A DNA stretch of 64,000 bases, from the NCBI RefSeq assembly GCF_006345805.1, contig NC_042998.1, positions 167,710,001 to 167,774,000 of the forward strand, written 5' to 3'. This DNA comes from Octopus sinensis. Its lineage: Eukaryota. Made by a program: the position numbers and the translations under genes. The notes under the pieces are model-generated. The model was not told where the DNA came from. It was given only the letters and a program-made list of their open reading frames with translations, and did not search any database. Shown here piece after piece: positions 51,998 through 64,000 of the stretch (the stretch's first letter is position 1; every line of letters starts with the position of its first letter).

Positions 51998-52597
51998 AAG
52001 GCGGCGAGCTAGCAGAAACGTTAGCGCGCCGGGCGAAATGCTTAGCGGTATTTCGTCTGCCGCTACGTTCTGAGTTCAAATTCCGCCGAGGTCGACTTTG
52101 CCTTTCATCCTTTCAGGGTCGATAAATTAAGTACCAGTTACTCACTGGTGTCGATATAATCGACTTAATCCGTTTGTCTGTCCTTGTTTGTCCCCTCTGT
52201 GTTTAGCCCCTTGTGGGTAATAAAGAAATAGGTAATTCGTCTGCCGTTACGTTCTGAGTTCAAATTCCGCCGAGATCGATTTTGCCTTTCATCCTCTCGA
52301 GGTCGATAAATAAAGTACCAGTTTCGCACTGGGATCGATCTAATCGACTTAATCCCTTTGTCTGTCCTTGTTTGTCCCCTCTGTGTTTGGCCCCTTGTGG
52401 GTAGTAAAGAAATACGCATTTTGTCTGCCGTTACGTTCTGGGTTCAAATTCCGCCAAGGTCGACTTTACCTTTCATCCTTTCGGGGTCGATTAAATAAGT
52501 ACCAGTTACGCACTGGGGTCGATATAATCGACTTAATCCGTTTGTCTGTCCTTGTTTGTACTCTCTGTGTTTAACCCCTTGTGTGTAGTAAAGAAAT
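51998..52597 (+). mobile_element. SINE B head-to-tail trimer (unit about 184 bp) with one TSD
   Basis: A full head plus two headless units, flanked by AGGTATTGGGTA at 51981-51992 and 52598-52609. Confidence 0.92.
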
Positions 52598-53284
52598 AGG
52601 TATTGGGTAACTGAAGTCAAAACGTTGGGGGAAATTATCAGAATACGTAGAACGACGTACGAAATGCTTTACGCTATATAGTTACATACTTTAAGGTTAT
52701 GAGTTCAAATGCTACCGAGGTCGACTGGGGGCCGTTAAAAAACTAGTCAGTAACTGAGTTTGATTTCGTTAACTGTTCCCTACTTTACGATGTATTATTT
52801 CGCCTAAATTCAAAATTAGATTTTATACTTTATAATGTATAGCAAAAAAGAAAAAAAAAAAGGTTAGACATAGCAGTTTATTGGATATCATGTCTAAGAA
52901 ATATTAATCGTTCATGTTGTGTAGCTCCAGGTAAGTTCTCATCGAATAGACCTCTGTAAGGTACGTAAATGCTTTCTGATTTAAGCACAGGACCAGCAAT
53001 TTTTAGAGGAAGGAATTAATCGTTTACCATCGACCCTGTATTTAACTGGTACTCCACATTAATGAGCCTGAAAGAATGAAAATCATTGTTGCACTGGACG
53101 CGACTTGAAATCAGGATGTAAAAACCGATAGAAATTCTTGAAAGCATTTTACTTCTCCAATGCCCAAAAAATTCTGCGAGTCGGTCGAAAGACTGTGATC
53201 CGCAAAATGGACTTTCAGCTATCGTTTGAATAATTAGAAACAGTAGCATATTACACTATTGATAATAATAATGGTTTCAAATTT

Positions 53285-53961
53285 TGGCACAAGGTTCCAG
53301 TATTCAAGTGGTACTTATTTTATTGACCCCGAAAGGATGAAAGATGAAAATTTGATCACAGAAAGGATGAAAGACAAAATTTGATCTCAGATCGTAAAGA
53401 TGGATAAAATGCCGCTAAGTATTTTGCCCGGCGCGGTAACGACTCTGCCAGGTCGCCACCTTAGCTATTAATAATCTTTTCTACTGGAAGCACAAGGCCT
53501 CAATTTTGGGGAGGGGATTAAGTCGATTACATCGACTATAGTGCGTAACTGGTACTTATTTCATCGACTTCCGAAATAATGAAAGGCAAAGTGGATCTCA
53601 GCGGAGTTTGAGCTCAGAACGTAGAGGCAGACGAAATACTGCTGATCATTTTGCCCGGCGCAGTAACGATTCTGCAAGTACGCAGTTATAAAGTATTAAT
53701 AATAATAATAATCCTTTCTACTATAGGCATAAAGCCTGAAATTTGTGGGGGTGGGGGAATAGTTGATTACATCGACTCCAGTGTTTCACTGGTACTTAAT
53801 TCATCAAACCCGGAAGGATGAAAGGCAAAGTTGACCTCGGCGGAATTTGAACTCAGAGCCTCAAGGCGGTCGAAATACCGTCAAACATTTTGCTCAGCGT
53901 GCTAACGATTCTGCGAGCTCGCCGCCTTAATAATAATAATAACAACAACAACAACAATATC

Positions 53962-54012
<51 letters not shown>

Positions 54013-54425
54013 TCTTTCCACTAAAGGAAAAGTCCTGAAAATTTTTGATGATGGAGACTAGTCGATTACATCGACCTCAGTGTTTCACAGGTACTTATTT
54101 TATCGACCCCGAAAGGATGAAAGGCAAAGCCGACCTCGGCGGAATTTAAACACAATGTAACGACGAGCAAAATATCGCTAAGCATTTCGCCCACTGTGCT
54201 AACGATTCTATCAGCTCGCTGCCTTGATAATCCTTTTTACTACAGGCACAAAGCCTGAAATTTTCTGGGAGGGGACCAGTCGATTACCTCGACCTCAGTG
54301 CGTAACTGGTACTTATTTCACCGGTCCCGAAAGGATGAAAGGCAAAGTCGACCGTGGCAGAATTTGAACTCAGAACGTAAGGTCGGACGAAATGCCGCTA
54401 ACGATTCTGTCAGCTCGCCGCCTTA
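53285..54425 (-). mobile_element. Five diverged SINE B copies stacked head-to-tail with (AAT)n spacers
   Basis: Repeated GCACAAGGCC/GTCGATTACATCGAC/GAAAGGATGAAAGGCAAAG motifs at about 53285, 53475, 53712, 54012 and 54232. Confidence 0.85.
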
Positions 54426-54711
54426 ATAATAATAATAACAATAATGGTAGATAAATAATAGCAATCAATAACATTAAAAGTTGCAGGACTTACGTATTAA
54501 CGTTAATTTATTTCAGGGACGGAATCAGCCGTCGGTCAATCGGCACTACCCTAGGGCTCGGAGCTCTGCGGAGCCCTTAGTCTACATGTTAACTCTACTA
54601 AAACACGCATGCAAAGGGGCTCGGTAAACAGTTATGCTCGAGGGGCCTTAATACTCTCAGCCTGCACCTGATTTATTCCTCCATATCTTAACATTTCTTG
54701 GTATGTACGAT

Positions 54712-54862
54712 CACTAGCGTAGCTAGAGTGTGTACCGCCCAGAGAGGCCTTTCCGTTTGCCGCCCCTGGACCCCACAAAAAACATATATTGCTTATAGTA
54801 GACTTTAAAAGTGCCGCCGGGTGTGGCCCGTCCCTACCGCCCCCACACCAGCTTCGCTAGTG
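54712..54862. mobile_element. hAT-like MITE (151 bp)
   Basis: TIRs CACTAGCGTAGCT and AGCTTCGCTAGTG; 8-bp TSD TGTACGAT / TGTACGTT (7 of 8 match). Confidence 0.75.
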
Positions 54863-56154
54863 TGTACGTTAAAGTGGTCCTGAATATAATATCAGAATCA
54901 AAATTTAAAAAAAAACATGTTCTGAAATGAAGGTAGAACGATGAAAAAATTATTTGTTACGTTAGCAAAAGAAAAGAAATTATCGCTGATCAAATCAACT
55001 CTATGCAACATATTTTATTCAAGCTACATATTTATATTTCTTTTTACTATATTAGATTGAAATACGAAAGTAATTAGTTTTGTTCCGAGATGTGCACGGA
55101 AGACTGCTATGTTCTTGACGAAAACAAACTGATAGAAAAAAAAAAGAAAGGAACAACAAGAAAGAAATTGTTTGAAAAAGCACATTTGTGAAGTGTTTCC
55201 AAACTACTATTATTCGTTGTAAATTTTACTTCCTTCGCTGCTTGCCTACCACCTGTGTTATGGGAGTTCGCAGCTGTTCTACTCAGAGGGGTGTAATTTT
55301 ATGGGCTGCAAAAACTGCAGTTAGTGCATCGTCACCAACAATGCATTGTATCCTTGAGAAAGAGAAAGCAATGCACCATTAATTGCCCTCAACACCCACG
55401 TTTAATTAGGTATAAGTTGACAGTATGGGCAATGAATATTGGCCGGAAAGTTCGTTAGCTTCATGTTGTGCCCAAATCACCCCATTTCTCAATACTACTT
55501 ACCTTAAAGGATGAAAAATGAAAGCTGGTACTGATTAGATCTGAGATGATAAAGGTTTGTCAAACCAGATTCAATAAAGTATCGTTTCTATTGTTCTACA
55601 AGTAATATTTTCCCTTTTGTTTAGCTACAGGATTCTTTTACAATAGGATAGAGTTTATTTCATCTACCAGATTAAGTTAAAAACTCTTTTTTTTTTTCTG
55701 TTATTCTGTCTGTCAGATTCGAACAATGAAAATACGTAGCTAAAAACAATGTCTATCGTAAAGTTTCGTACTTGCTCTAAAGCGACGCCAATGTGACGAG
55801 TTTCTTTCCTCTGTATTTCTGTTTCCTTTCGATCTTTGAATGTTTCTAGTACCAACGAAAAGAAATTGTTTACCACTCACTCGGTCCTTCTTTTTTTCAT
55901 TCAAGACCCGTGAACCTCCGGGCAGCGCAACGTGACTGATTCTGAAACAAATGGGTCCAATAATGGTAAAACGCCTGTAATATTTCCTGGAGATGTGAGT
56001 TCAAGCCTTTAAGCCAATATTTACAAGCTGTCATCTATTGCTTTGTCTACTTCGAGGTACACAATTCTAAACAATTATTTCACGTTCTCTCGATCTTTAT
56101 AAATTCTTATAACAATATAAAAATTTATAACACTATATATATATATATATATAT

Positions 56155-56472
56155 ACGCAGGAGTGGCTGGGTGGTAAGTAGCTTGCTTACCAACCACATG
56201 GTTCCGGGTTCAGTTTCACTGCGCGGCACCTTGGATTTGGTAGACGGAAACTGAAAGAAACCCGTCGTATATATGTATATGTATATATGTGTGTGTGTGT
56301 GTTTGTCCCCCCCCCCAACATCGCTTGACATCCCGGTAACTTAGTGGTTCGGCAAAAGAGACCGATAGAATAAGTACTAGACATACAAAGAATAAGTCCT
56401 GGGGTCGAGTTGCTCGACTAAAGGCGGTGCTCTTGCATGGCCACAGTCAAATGACTGAAACAAGTAAAAGAG
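56155..56472 (+). mobile_element. SINE A with two internal deletions
   Basis: Head CGCAGGAGTGGCTGGGTGGTAAG through tail CAAGTAAAAGAGT; segments are missing after GGCACCTTGG and after GCTTGACA. Confidence 0.88.
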
Positions 56473-56515
56473 TATAACAATATATATACATATATAACAA
56501 TATATATATATATAT

Positions 56516-56561
<46 letters not shown>

Positions 56562-56564
56562 CTC

Positions 56565-56730
56565 TAAAAAGTTCCTGGTCTTAAGGATATCGCGAAATGC
56601 CTGGTTGGAGCCCAATCTTCCGCGTTCTTTATAGGGCTTAGAAAAGCTGAAGAACCGCTGTAACAAGCGTGTAAATCAGGGAGGGAAATATATGTTGAAT
56701 AAAATTATAACTAGCTGATCATCCTGTATA
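56565..56730 (+). mobile_element. Mariner-derived MITE fragment
   Basis: AAAAAGTTCCTGG...GLEKLKNRCNKRVNQGGK, related to 18890-19105. Confidence 0.65.
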
Positions 56731-57304
56731 ACACACACACACAGTAGGTTTGTATTTTACAAAAAATAATGTAAATTTTGAATGTGGGATAGCTGTGGAA
56801 ATGAAGGGTGTTCAACCAGTTTTCTAGGCTGTTTTCGCAGCTATCCTGCTTTCGAAATTTGCTTTTAATAATAATACGCACATAGAGAGGTCCAGGATTC
56901 GACTGGTACTTTAATTTTTCAACACTGAAAGAATGAAAAGTAAATTAGCCACGGCGGAACTTGAATTCATTCCGGAAAGAGCTGAAAAAATACGAAGTGG
57001 CATTGTATCCGATGATCAAGCTTTCACTGTTATGATACTAGCAGTCATATATATAATATTCATTTATTTAATTAGGAACAATGCTCTGTGTTTTTTCAGA
57101 AATGAGAAATAAAATCTGCAATGGTATTGTCTTTCTCCATGACGTAAATAAAATGTCAACAACCGAGTGTCTAATCGGTCATCGGCACAGAAAAATGGTT
57201 TATTACGCCTAATCTCGCGAGTATACTGCTAAAGTGCAACATTAAAGTTTGAAGGGTAATATGTAACAGAAACTGTAGAATGTCATAGAAAGTGCACGAA
57301 GCAA

Positions 57305-57362
57305 ATCTTTCCACTATAGGCACAAGGTCTAAAATTTTGTGTGTGTGTGTGTATGTGTGTGG

Positions 57363-57395
<33 letters not shown>

Positions 57396-57940
57396 TTAGG
57401 TGCTTGACTGCTAATTTATTGTCCTTGAAAGGATGAAGGGCAAAGTCGACCTAGGTGGAATTTGAACTCTGCACGTAAGACGAGAAGCGTCCGGCATGCT
57501 AATGATTCAGCCGGCTCGTCATAATTAGTTACGATCTCAATTCAAATTTCACGGAAGTTAACCTGACCTTAATTGTACCAGGGTCAACAAAAAGTATTGG
57601 TTTGAAATTTTGGCACTACATCGAACCCAATGCTCTACTGGTACTTAGTTTATCGTCTTTGAAAGGATCAAAGGCAAAGTCCACCTTGGCGCAATTTGAA
57701 CTGCGTTCTCAAATACGGATGAAATGCCGCTGTTTTGCCTGGTGTCTTAAAGGTTTTGCCAGCTTGCCGCCTTACTATCAGTTAAGCATTGGCTTCACAT
57801 TTTGGCACAAGGCCAGCAAGTTGTGGGGGAAGGGATAAGTCGATTACATCGACCCTAGTGTTCAGCTGGTACTTATTTTATCGACCCCGAAAGAATAAAA
57901 GGCAAAGTCGACCACGGTAGAGTTTGAACTCAGAAAGTAA
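57305..57940 (-). mobile_element. Three diverged SINE B copies
   Basis: GCACAAGG and GAAAGGATGAAGGGCAAAGTCGAC motifs at about 57305, 57600 and 57797. Confidence 0.75.
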
Positions 57941-58801
57941 AAACACAAGATTGCAAATACCTGTCACACTATCCCATATTTCCTAGAAATTTCCTATAGT
58001 GAATGTGAGAAATCGATAACAAGAATTAATGCTTTTTTTTGTAACTCAAAAACCTAGGATCAGTGACGTTCCAGCTGTGACCATCAAGTTTTTCTTCAGA
58101 CATAATGTCGTAACGTTTATACTACCCAATGAGTCTTTTCTTTTTCCAAATGGTATGGTTTGATTAAAAAGAGAGTCGGCCGTTACTTTTAGAGGATCAA
58201 ACAACCACTGTTTTCTTTTGTTGCCGCCCTTGCTCGGTCAATAGCATAAATTTCTATTTACATTTTGCAGACCTTTTAGCCTTTATCTTTTACTTGTTTC
58301 AGTCAGCTGACTGCGGCCATGCTGGGGTACCGCCTTCAAGTCTTTTAGTCGAATAAATGCATATATTTCACTGCGTATTGAATATAGTTTTCATTATCGA
58401 AGTTAAAAAAAAACAGAAAAAAAGTACAAACAATCTGTCTCTGCCTTTCTCTCTCTCTCTCTCCTTCCCCCCTCTCTCTCTCTTTCTTTCATCGATTAAT
58501 GGGGAACACCTTAAGGAAAAAAAAATATAAATAAAACCACTGAGTTCAAATTTATTGAATGTACGAACTAGAAGCCTGTTGACACCCCGAAACAAAAGAC
58601 TGCTTAGAAACAAACGGAAACAAAGAGAGAACATACGCATGCACGCACGCACACGCGCGCACACAAATACACACACACAACACACACATACTCAATCACA
58701 TGCGCAGGCAAACACACTTAAACATTTATTTATAGGTTTATGTATTAGATATTCATATATATTACATAAACACACACATAAACGTATTAACATAAACACT
58801 A

Positions 58802-58840
<39 letters not shown>

Positions 58841-58972
58841 AGAAATGTGTGTGCGTCTGTTTGTTACATAGATATGTGTGTATATATATATGTATTTATT
58901 TATATGTATATATATGTGTATATATTTGTGTGGTTAGATATATGCATATATATACACACACACACACACACA

Positions 58973-59031
<59 letters not shown>

Positions 59032-59106
59032 ATACATATATGCATATATATATTATCTATATCTATCTATATATATATATATATAATATATGCATATACA
59101 CGTGGG

Positions 59107-59149
<43 letters not shown>

Positions 59150-59225
59150 CATTCATATATTTATGTATTTACATATAAGTGAGTGCATGTATATATATAT
59201 ATATACATATATATATATTATTAAC

Positions 59226-59258
<33 letters not shown>

Positions 59259-59930
59259 ATTATATATATATATATACATATATATATAATAAATACATAC
59301 ATCTATATAAATACATATAAATACATACTATATATAATGCATATAAATACAGATATATAATATATATAAAGCATATATATGTATATATATATATATATAT
59401 ATGTTATATATATATAATATATATAATATATATATATATATTATATATATATATATGATATGTATGTATGTATATGTATACATACATACATACACACACA
59501 AATACACATATAAGCTACAAGTACACAACCAGCTTGTAAGACACGCACCGCACACGACTTGTTTTCTAAGGACTGTCACCTTTCCCCAATCTTAGTCTGC
59601 CCATTAATTTTATCTCTCCCTCCCCCAAGTCAGTTTTAGTCTGTCTTTCTTTTATCGTCTTTCAAAAATTCTACCCATTATATTGTATACAAAATGACAC
59701 GTGCTGTGTTTTTTTTTTCTCCATAGTTGCTCTCGGCTTATAAACAAACACACATACGCACGTATGTATGCACAGTGAGACATATGTGTGTTGTGTGTGT
59801 GTGTGTATTGGAGGCTCTGCAAGATAATGAGCTCTGCCCCTTCCCATATGTAATATACATACATTTATACTTATATTCATATACACATCATATATATATA
59901 CGTACAACAAACATACATACATATACACAC

Positions 59931-59978
<48 letters not shown>

Positions 59979-60159
59979 ATATATATATATATATATATTA
60001 TATGCGTATAAATATGGATAGGTAGATAGATAGATAGATAGATAGATAGCTAGTAGATAGATAGATAAATAGATAGATAGAACTAGAAAATGAAAGAAGA
60101 CGAACGAGCATTTGGTGTCACTCGAAAAACATTTAATATAAATTGAGAGTATATATACA

Positions 60160-61110
60160 TATACGAAGGATGCCCAAAATAAACTGGAATTTTGCAATAT
60201 TATTTTAGTGACTTAGTTTTCCATGTTTACACATTTGTCGCCTTGAAATTATTCTCCAGATGAAGCACTGCATCGTCCCAGGCTCGTTTTCCAAAGTTCG
60301 AAGCTGTCCCTGGAAGTCTTGGAAAGTGATGCCATTTAACGCGTCCACGGTTTCTTTCTTCACCTCTTCTACTTGTGCAAAGTGTGTTGCACCAGTTTTC
60401 ATCACCAGTGTTGACCTTCGATAAAAGGTCCAGATGAACATCCAGCTGTTCTCTCAATCCATGGCAAGCTTTTAATTGTGATTGCTTTCGATCTTCCGAG
60501 AGTAAGCGGGGCACATATTTTTACAGCAACTCTTTTCATTCGCAACCCGTCGTTCAAAATTCGCTGGTAGGACTCCCGTATACACCAGTCATATCAATAT
60601 TTTCGTCAATTGTTATACAAAATCAGTTCATGAATTTTCATGTTTTCATTCATTCAGGAGGTTGACAGACACCCTGAACGAGGTTGGCCTTCAAGCAACA
60701 TATTTTTACAGCAACTCTTTTCATTCGCAACCCGTCGTTCAAAATTCGCTGGTAGGACTCCCGTATACACCAGTCATATCAATATTTTCGTCAATTGTTA
60801 TACAAAATCAGTTCATGAATTTTCATGTTTTCATTCATTCAGGAGGTTGACAGACACCCTGAACGAGGTTGGCCTTCAAGCAACAAGTGGCCTTTCCTAG
60901 AGCTTGAAAATCACTCGTAAACTTGTGTTCTGCTCGTGGCAGCATCCTTGTAAGCTATTTGAAGCATGGTAACTGTTTTGGCTGCCGTTTTCCCCAGCAG
61001 AAAACATTATTTCATGGAAGCACGCTGTTCATTCGTTTCAGCCATAACAAAAATCGACGACAAGGGAGAAACACTGCAAAGCAAAGACGCACCACGTGGC
61101 AGTAAGACTA
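60160..61110 (-). mobile_element. Internally deleted mariner transposon with an internal 185-bp tandem duplication
   Basis: MAETNEQRASMK*CFLLGK...AYKDAATSRTQVYE...PRSG, then VPRLLSEDRKQ...TGDENWC joined to the C-terminal FAQVEEVKKET. Left end TACGAAGGATGCCCAAAA. Confidence 0.85.
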
Positions 61111-61279
61111 CACTCGGTGAAGCCGGTCGGCATACTGATGCCTGAGGGTCGCATCAAGTCGCTTCTAGTGGCAGAAGGCTGAACTACAACGAGCTTGTCC
61201 TACAAAGAGCGTTGTCGGTTGCTTGAGTACCCACCCCGTATATATATATACATACACACGCATTCACACACCCCGTATA

Positions 61280-61310
<31 letters not shown>

Positions 61311-61490
61311 CAAAATTAGAAAATGGAGAAACATACTTAAATCAATCAAACATCAACCATCAGATGATACCCAATCAATACTTTATTACACCATTACATA
61401 ACAGCAAAGGCATTATACAAAATATATTGTAAATATAATTAGACAAGGAATAGAAATATAAAATATAAAAATATAATATATAATTATATC

Positions 61491-61607
61491 ATATCTGACA
61501 GCTGTTTCGGCGGCCGTGAGGACAAGTATGCCTCATTTAACCTATAAGCCATATAAGGCAGGTATAAATGAGACATTAACAAGGATGTCCCACGGCCTCT
61601 TCAGAGA
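61491..61607 (-). ncRNA. Type-I hammerhead ribozyme motif with long stem II
   Basis: Minus strand TCT-CTGAAGA-GGCCGTG...(about 85-nt hairpin)...CACGGCCGCC-GAAAC-AGCT-GTC-AGA. Stem III ACAGCTGT is palindromic. Confidence 0.62.
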
Positions 61608-61644
61608 ATTTAATTTAATATAAGTGTGAAAAAATTTTTATACA

Positions 61645-62151
61645 TCTATATATATAAAACTCTAGTTGTGTGAGTGTCTGTCCCCTTCGATTTAGATTCC
61701 TAACTCCTCCCACATTTTGCGGTGCAGTTTAACCAAATTCGGGTATCTTATAGTCGTGATTCATATCGAGCCCGTCTGACTATTAGCGCGCGTCAACGAT
61801 GAGTCTACGATTTTAAAAATAATTTTAACATCATTTTTTATTCCATTTTAATGCATAAAATGCATCGTGTGTCGATGGCGGCGGAGTTGGCGTCCACGCT
61901 CACAGCTGCACCTGTTTGCTTCTCCCCCTTCCCTCCCTCGTGAAGCTGTGGGGAAGGGAGTGTAAAGAAATCAACGTCGTAATGCGTTGTGAAGGAGACC
62001 AGCGTTCTTTTAGAACAACGACTTCATGGCTTGAAGACACCAAAACAAAAATGGCTAAGAAAGCCCGAATTTATAAGGGAAGTAACTCTCTAAAAATGCT
62101 TATATAGTTATTTCCCTTACAAACCCGAGCAACGCCGGGCGATACTGCTTG
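61645..62151 (+). mobile_element. Non-autonomous Helitron (body type 2)
   Basis: A|TCTATATATATAAAA start; ACAAACCCGAGCAACGCCGGGCGATACTGCTTG|T end shared with type 1; different interior. Confidence 0.82.
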
Positions 62152-62423
62152 TATAAATATAAAAATATAAAATATAAAAATGTGTGCATAGACACTCATA
62201 ATACTACACATATATATATACTCATTAATACAATAATACAAAATAAACAAAATATATCAATATACATTAACAAACACAGTTATTCTACATATTGGACTCC
62301 TAGTTCCATAACTAACCTCAAGGAAAATATATGCACACTCACATTTAAATTTAAATCAGACATATATACATAAAAAATAATAAAAAAACACACAATTCAG
62401 TTCATAAAATTATAACCCTACAA

Positions 62424-62454
<31 letters not shown>

Positions 62455-62634
62455 CATACACACACATTCACACACATACACACACATAAATACGCCGGGT
62501 CCACCAGATCCTGAAACTTTGGTATATAAAATTAGGTTGTTTTATTTAACAATGTTGATAAGATTAAGTGCGCATGATCGTTGTGGAGCATATCTGGACA
62601 TTGTTTATTGCCTCAGGTATATATTAATAATATA

Positions 62635-62672
<38 letters not shown>

Positions 62673-62699
62673 ATGTGTATGTATATGTAAATATGTATG

Positions 62700-62748
<49 letters not shown>

Positions 62749-62883
62749 ATGTGTGTGTGTATGTGTATGTATATGTATATGTATATTATATTGTATGTAT
62801 GTTATATATATGTATATGTATAATATATATAATGTATGTATATAATGTATGATATATATATATATATATTATATATATATATA

Positions 62884-62929
<46 letters not shown>

Positions 62930-62979
62930 ACATATATATACACACACAAACACTCTGCTCTGTGCTCTGCTGGTATTAT

Positions 62980-63300
62980 ATTCAAATTGTGTATAGTTGA
63001 CTCACCAATTGTACATATATCACAAGTCGAGTTAGTTATAAATGTAGCATGCTGCCCATCCGATGCGCTAAATAACAGGATAAGTTTGAAAACTGCCTCA
63101 CAAAAAAGCAGGGGATATAGAAACAAAACTGGATCGCCCTATCAGTGTATTTGTTATGGGAGACTGCAACCTTCCCAGTGTAAGATACTTGAAGGCCACT
63201 TTCTCTCAAGAATTATACGGCTTGAATAAAAGCCAACAACGTCCCTGCTCAACCACACCAACTTGTTATTTATTGAGCAAATAATACTCTACCCGGTCAG
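62980..63300 (+). pseudogene. LINE APE-endonuclease fragment (CR1-like)
   Basis: LVINVACCPSDA...GDIETKLDRPISVFVMGDCNLPSV...IEQIILYP resembles the YRPP, GDFNLP and QxxxxPTR endonuclease motifs. Confidence 0.55.
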
Positions 63301-63420
63301 AGCCAATCGGATGCGCATGGAACCATGTTAGCGTTGATATGTGAGTTCGATTCTGGTCTGGGTTAGCTCATAATTTCTCAGTCAATCGTAAATATAAGAA
63401 ATGTCATTATGAATTGGAGT

Positions 63421-63482
<62 letters not shown>

Positions 63483-63487
63483 TTTTA

Positions 63488-63533
<46 letters not shown>

Positions 63534-63598
63534 GTACTAAAAGATTTCCATAGTCGCTCTATCTCCCTAACGTACAAAGCCTTCGGGTTTGTTTTCAA

Positions 63599-63630
<32 letters not shown>

Positions 63631-64000
63631 ACACACACCGGCATATTTTGGGATTCAGGTGATCATAGATTTTGCTTGTTGGCAGATTCATAATGGAGCT
63701 GTGAGGTATACATTCAGATTGAGGTGGACAGTGTGGGGGGGAGAAAAGCGTGATTCTTCACTAATTAAAGTAGTAGTAGTAGTGGTCTAGGTTGTAATAG
63801 TAGTAGTAGAGTAAGCGATAATGGATCTCTTGTCTAATCCTTAGAGAACAGCCTGATTGTGAAGAGCTAGGGACTGTGTTGTTGAACAGTATTGAGGAGT
63901 GGCTATGGCTACAAATCATGTCGTTTTATTGACGTAAGGGTACTAGCAGCAGAATATGATGATGGGTCAGTTGTAGTATTCAGAGAAAATGAGGAATGTG

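Noticed and set aside
50358-52597. Regularly spaced repeats of about 185 bp resembling a CRISPR or satellite array
   Set aside because: The units are whole SINE B bodies with no unique spacers, the context is eukaryotic, and no cas genes are present.
58060-58102. CTGAAGA...GGAACGTC (minus strand) as a hammerhead
   Set aside because: GAAA is broken, stem II does not pair and stem I is 2 bp; this is part of another common repeat.
63700-64000. Ser/Thr-rich minus-strand frame
   Set aside because: Multiple stops, driven by (ACT)n repeats, and cut by the window edge.

Overview
Repeat-saturated, AT-rich animal DNA with no recognisable host protein-coding gene. The SINE families and the microsatellite load point to a cephalopod, most likely Octopus; this is inferred from recalled repeat sequences, not from a search. 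Nearly all ORFs in the track are translated microsatellites, and the real coding remnants are decayed transposons. These are two Tc1 elements, a mariner plus mariner-derived MITEs, a pogo/Tigger fragment, an internally deleted Gypsy element with a tRNA-Trp primer site, RTE and CR1-type LINE fragments, and a Tx1/L1-like ORF1. Non-coding repeats include three non-autonomous Helitrons, a hAT-like MITE, dozens of tRNA-derived SINE copies (families called A, B and D here), a 5S rRNA pseudogene and a 100-N gap. Three things stand out. (1) Several minimal type-I hammerhead ribozyme motifs sit in non-coding modules inside (AT)n tracts, three of them with intact catalytic cores, alongside several long fold-back palindromes; these are probably Penelope-like-element derivatives. 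(2) SINE-B integrates as head-to-tail multimers under one target-site duplication and appears to prefer GGTAT-like targets. (3) A 5S head directly abuts a 555-bp body with a (TAA)n tail, a candidate SINE3. Coordinates were read by eye and repeat boundaries may be off by several bases.
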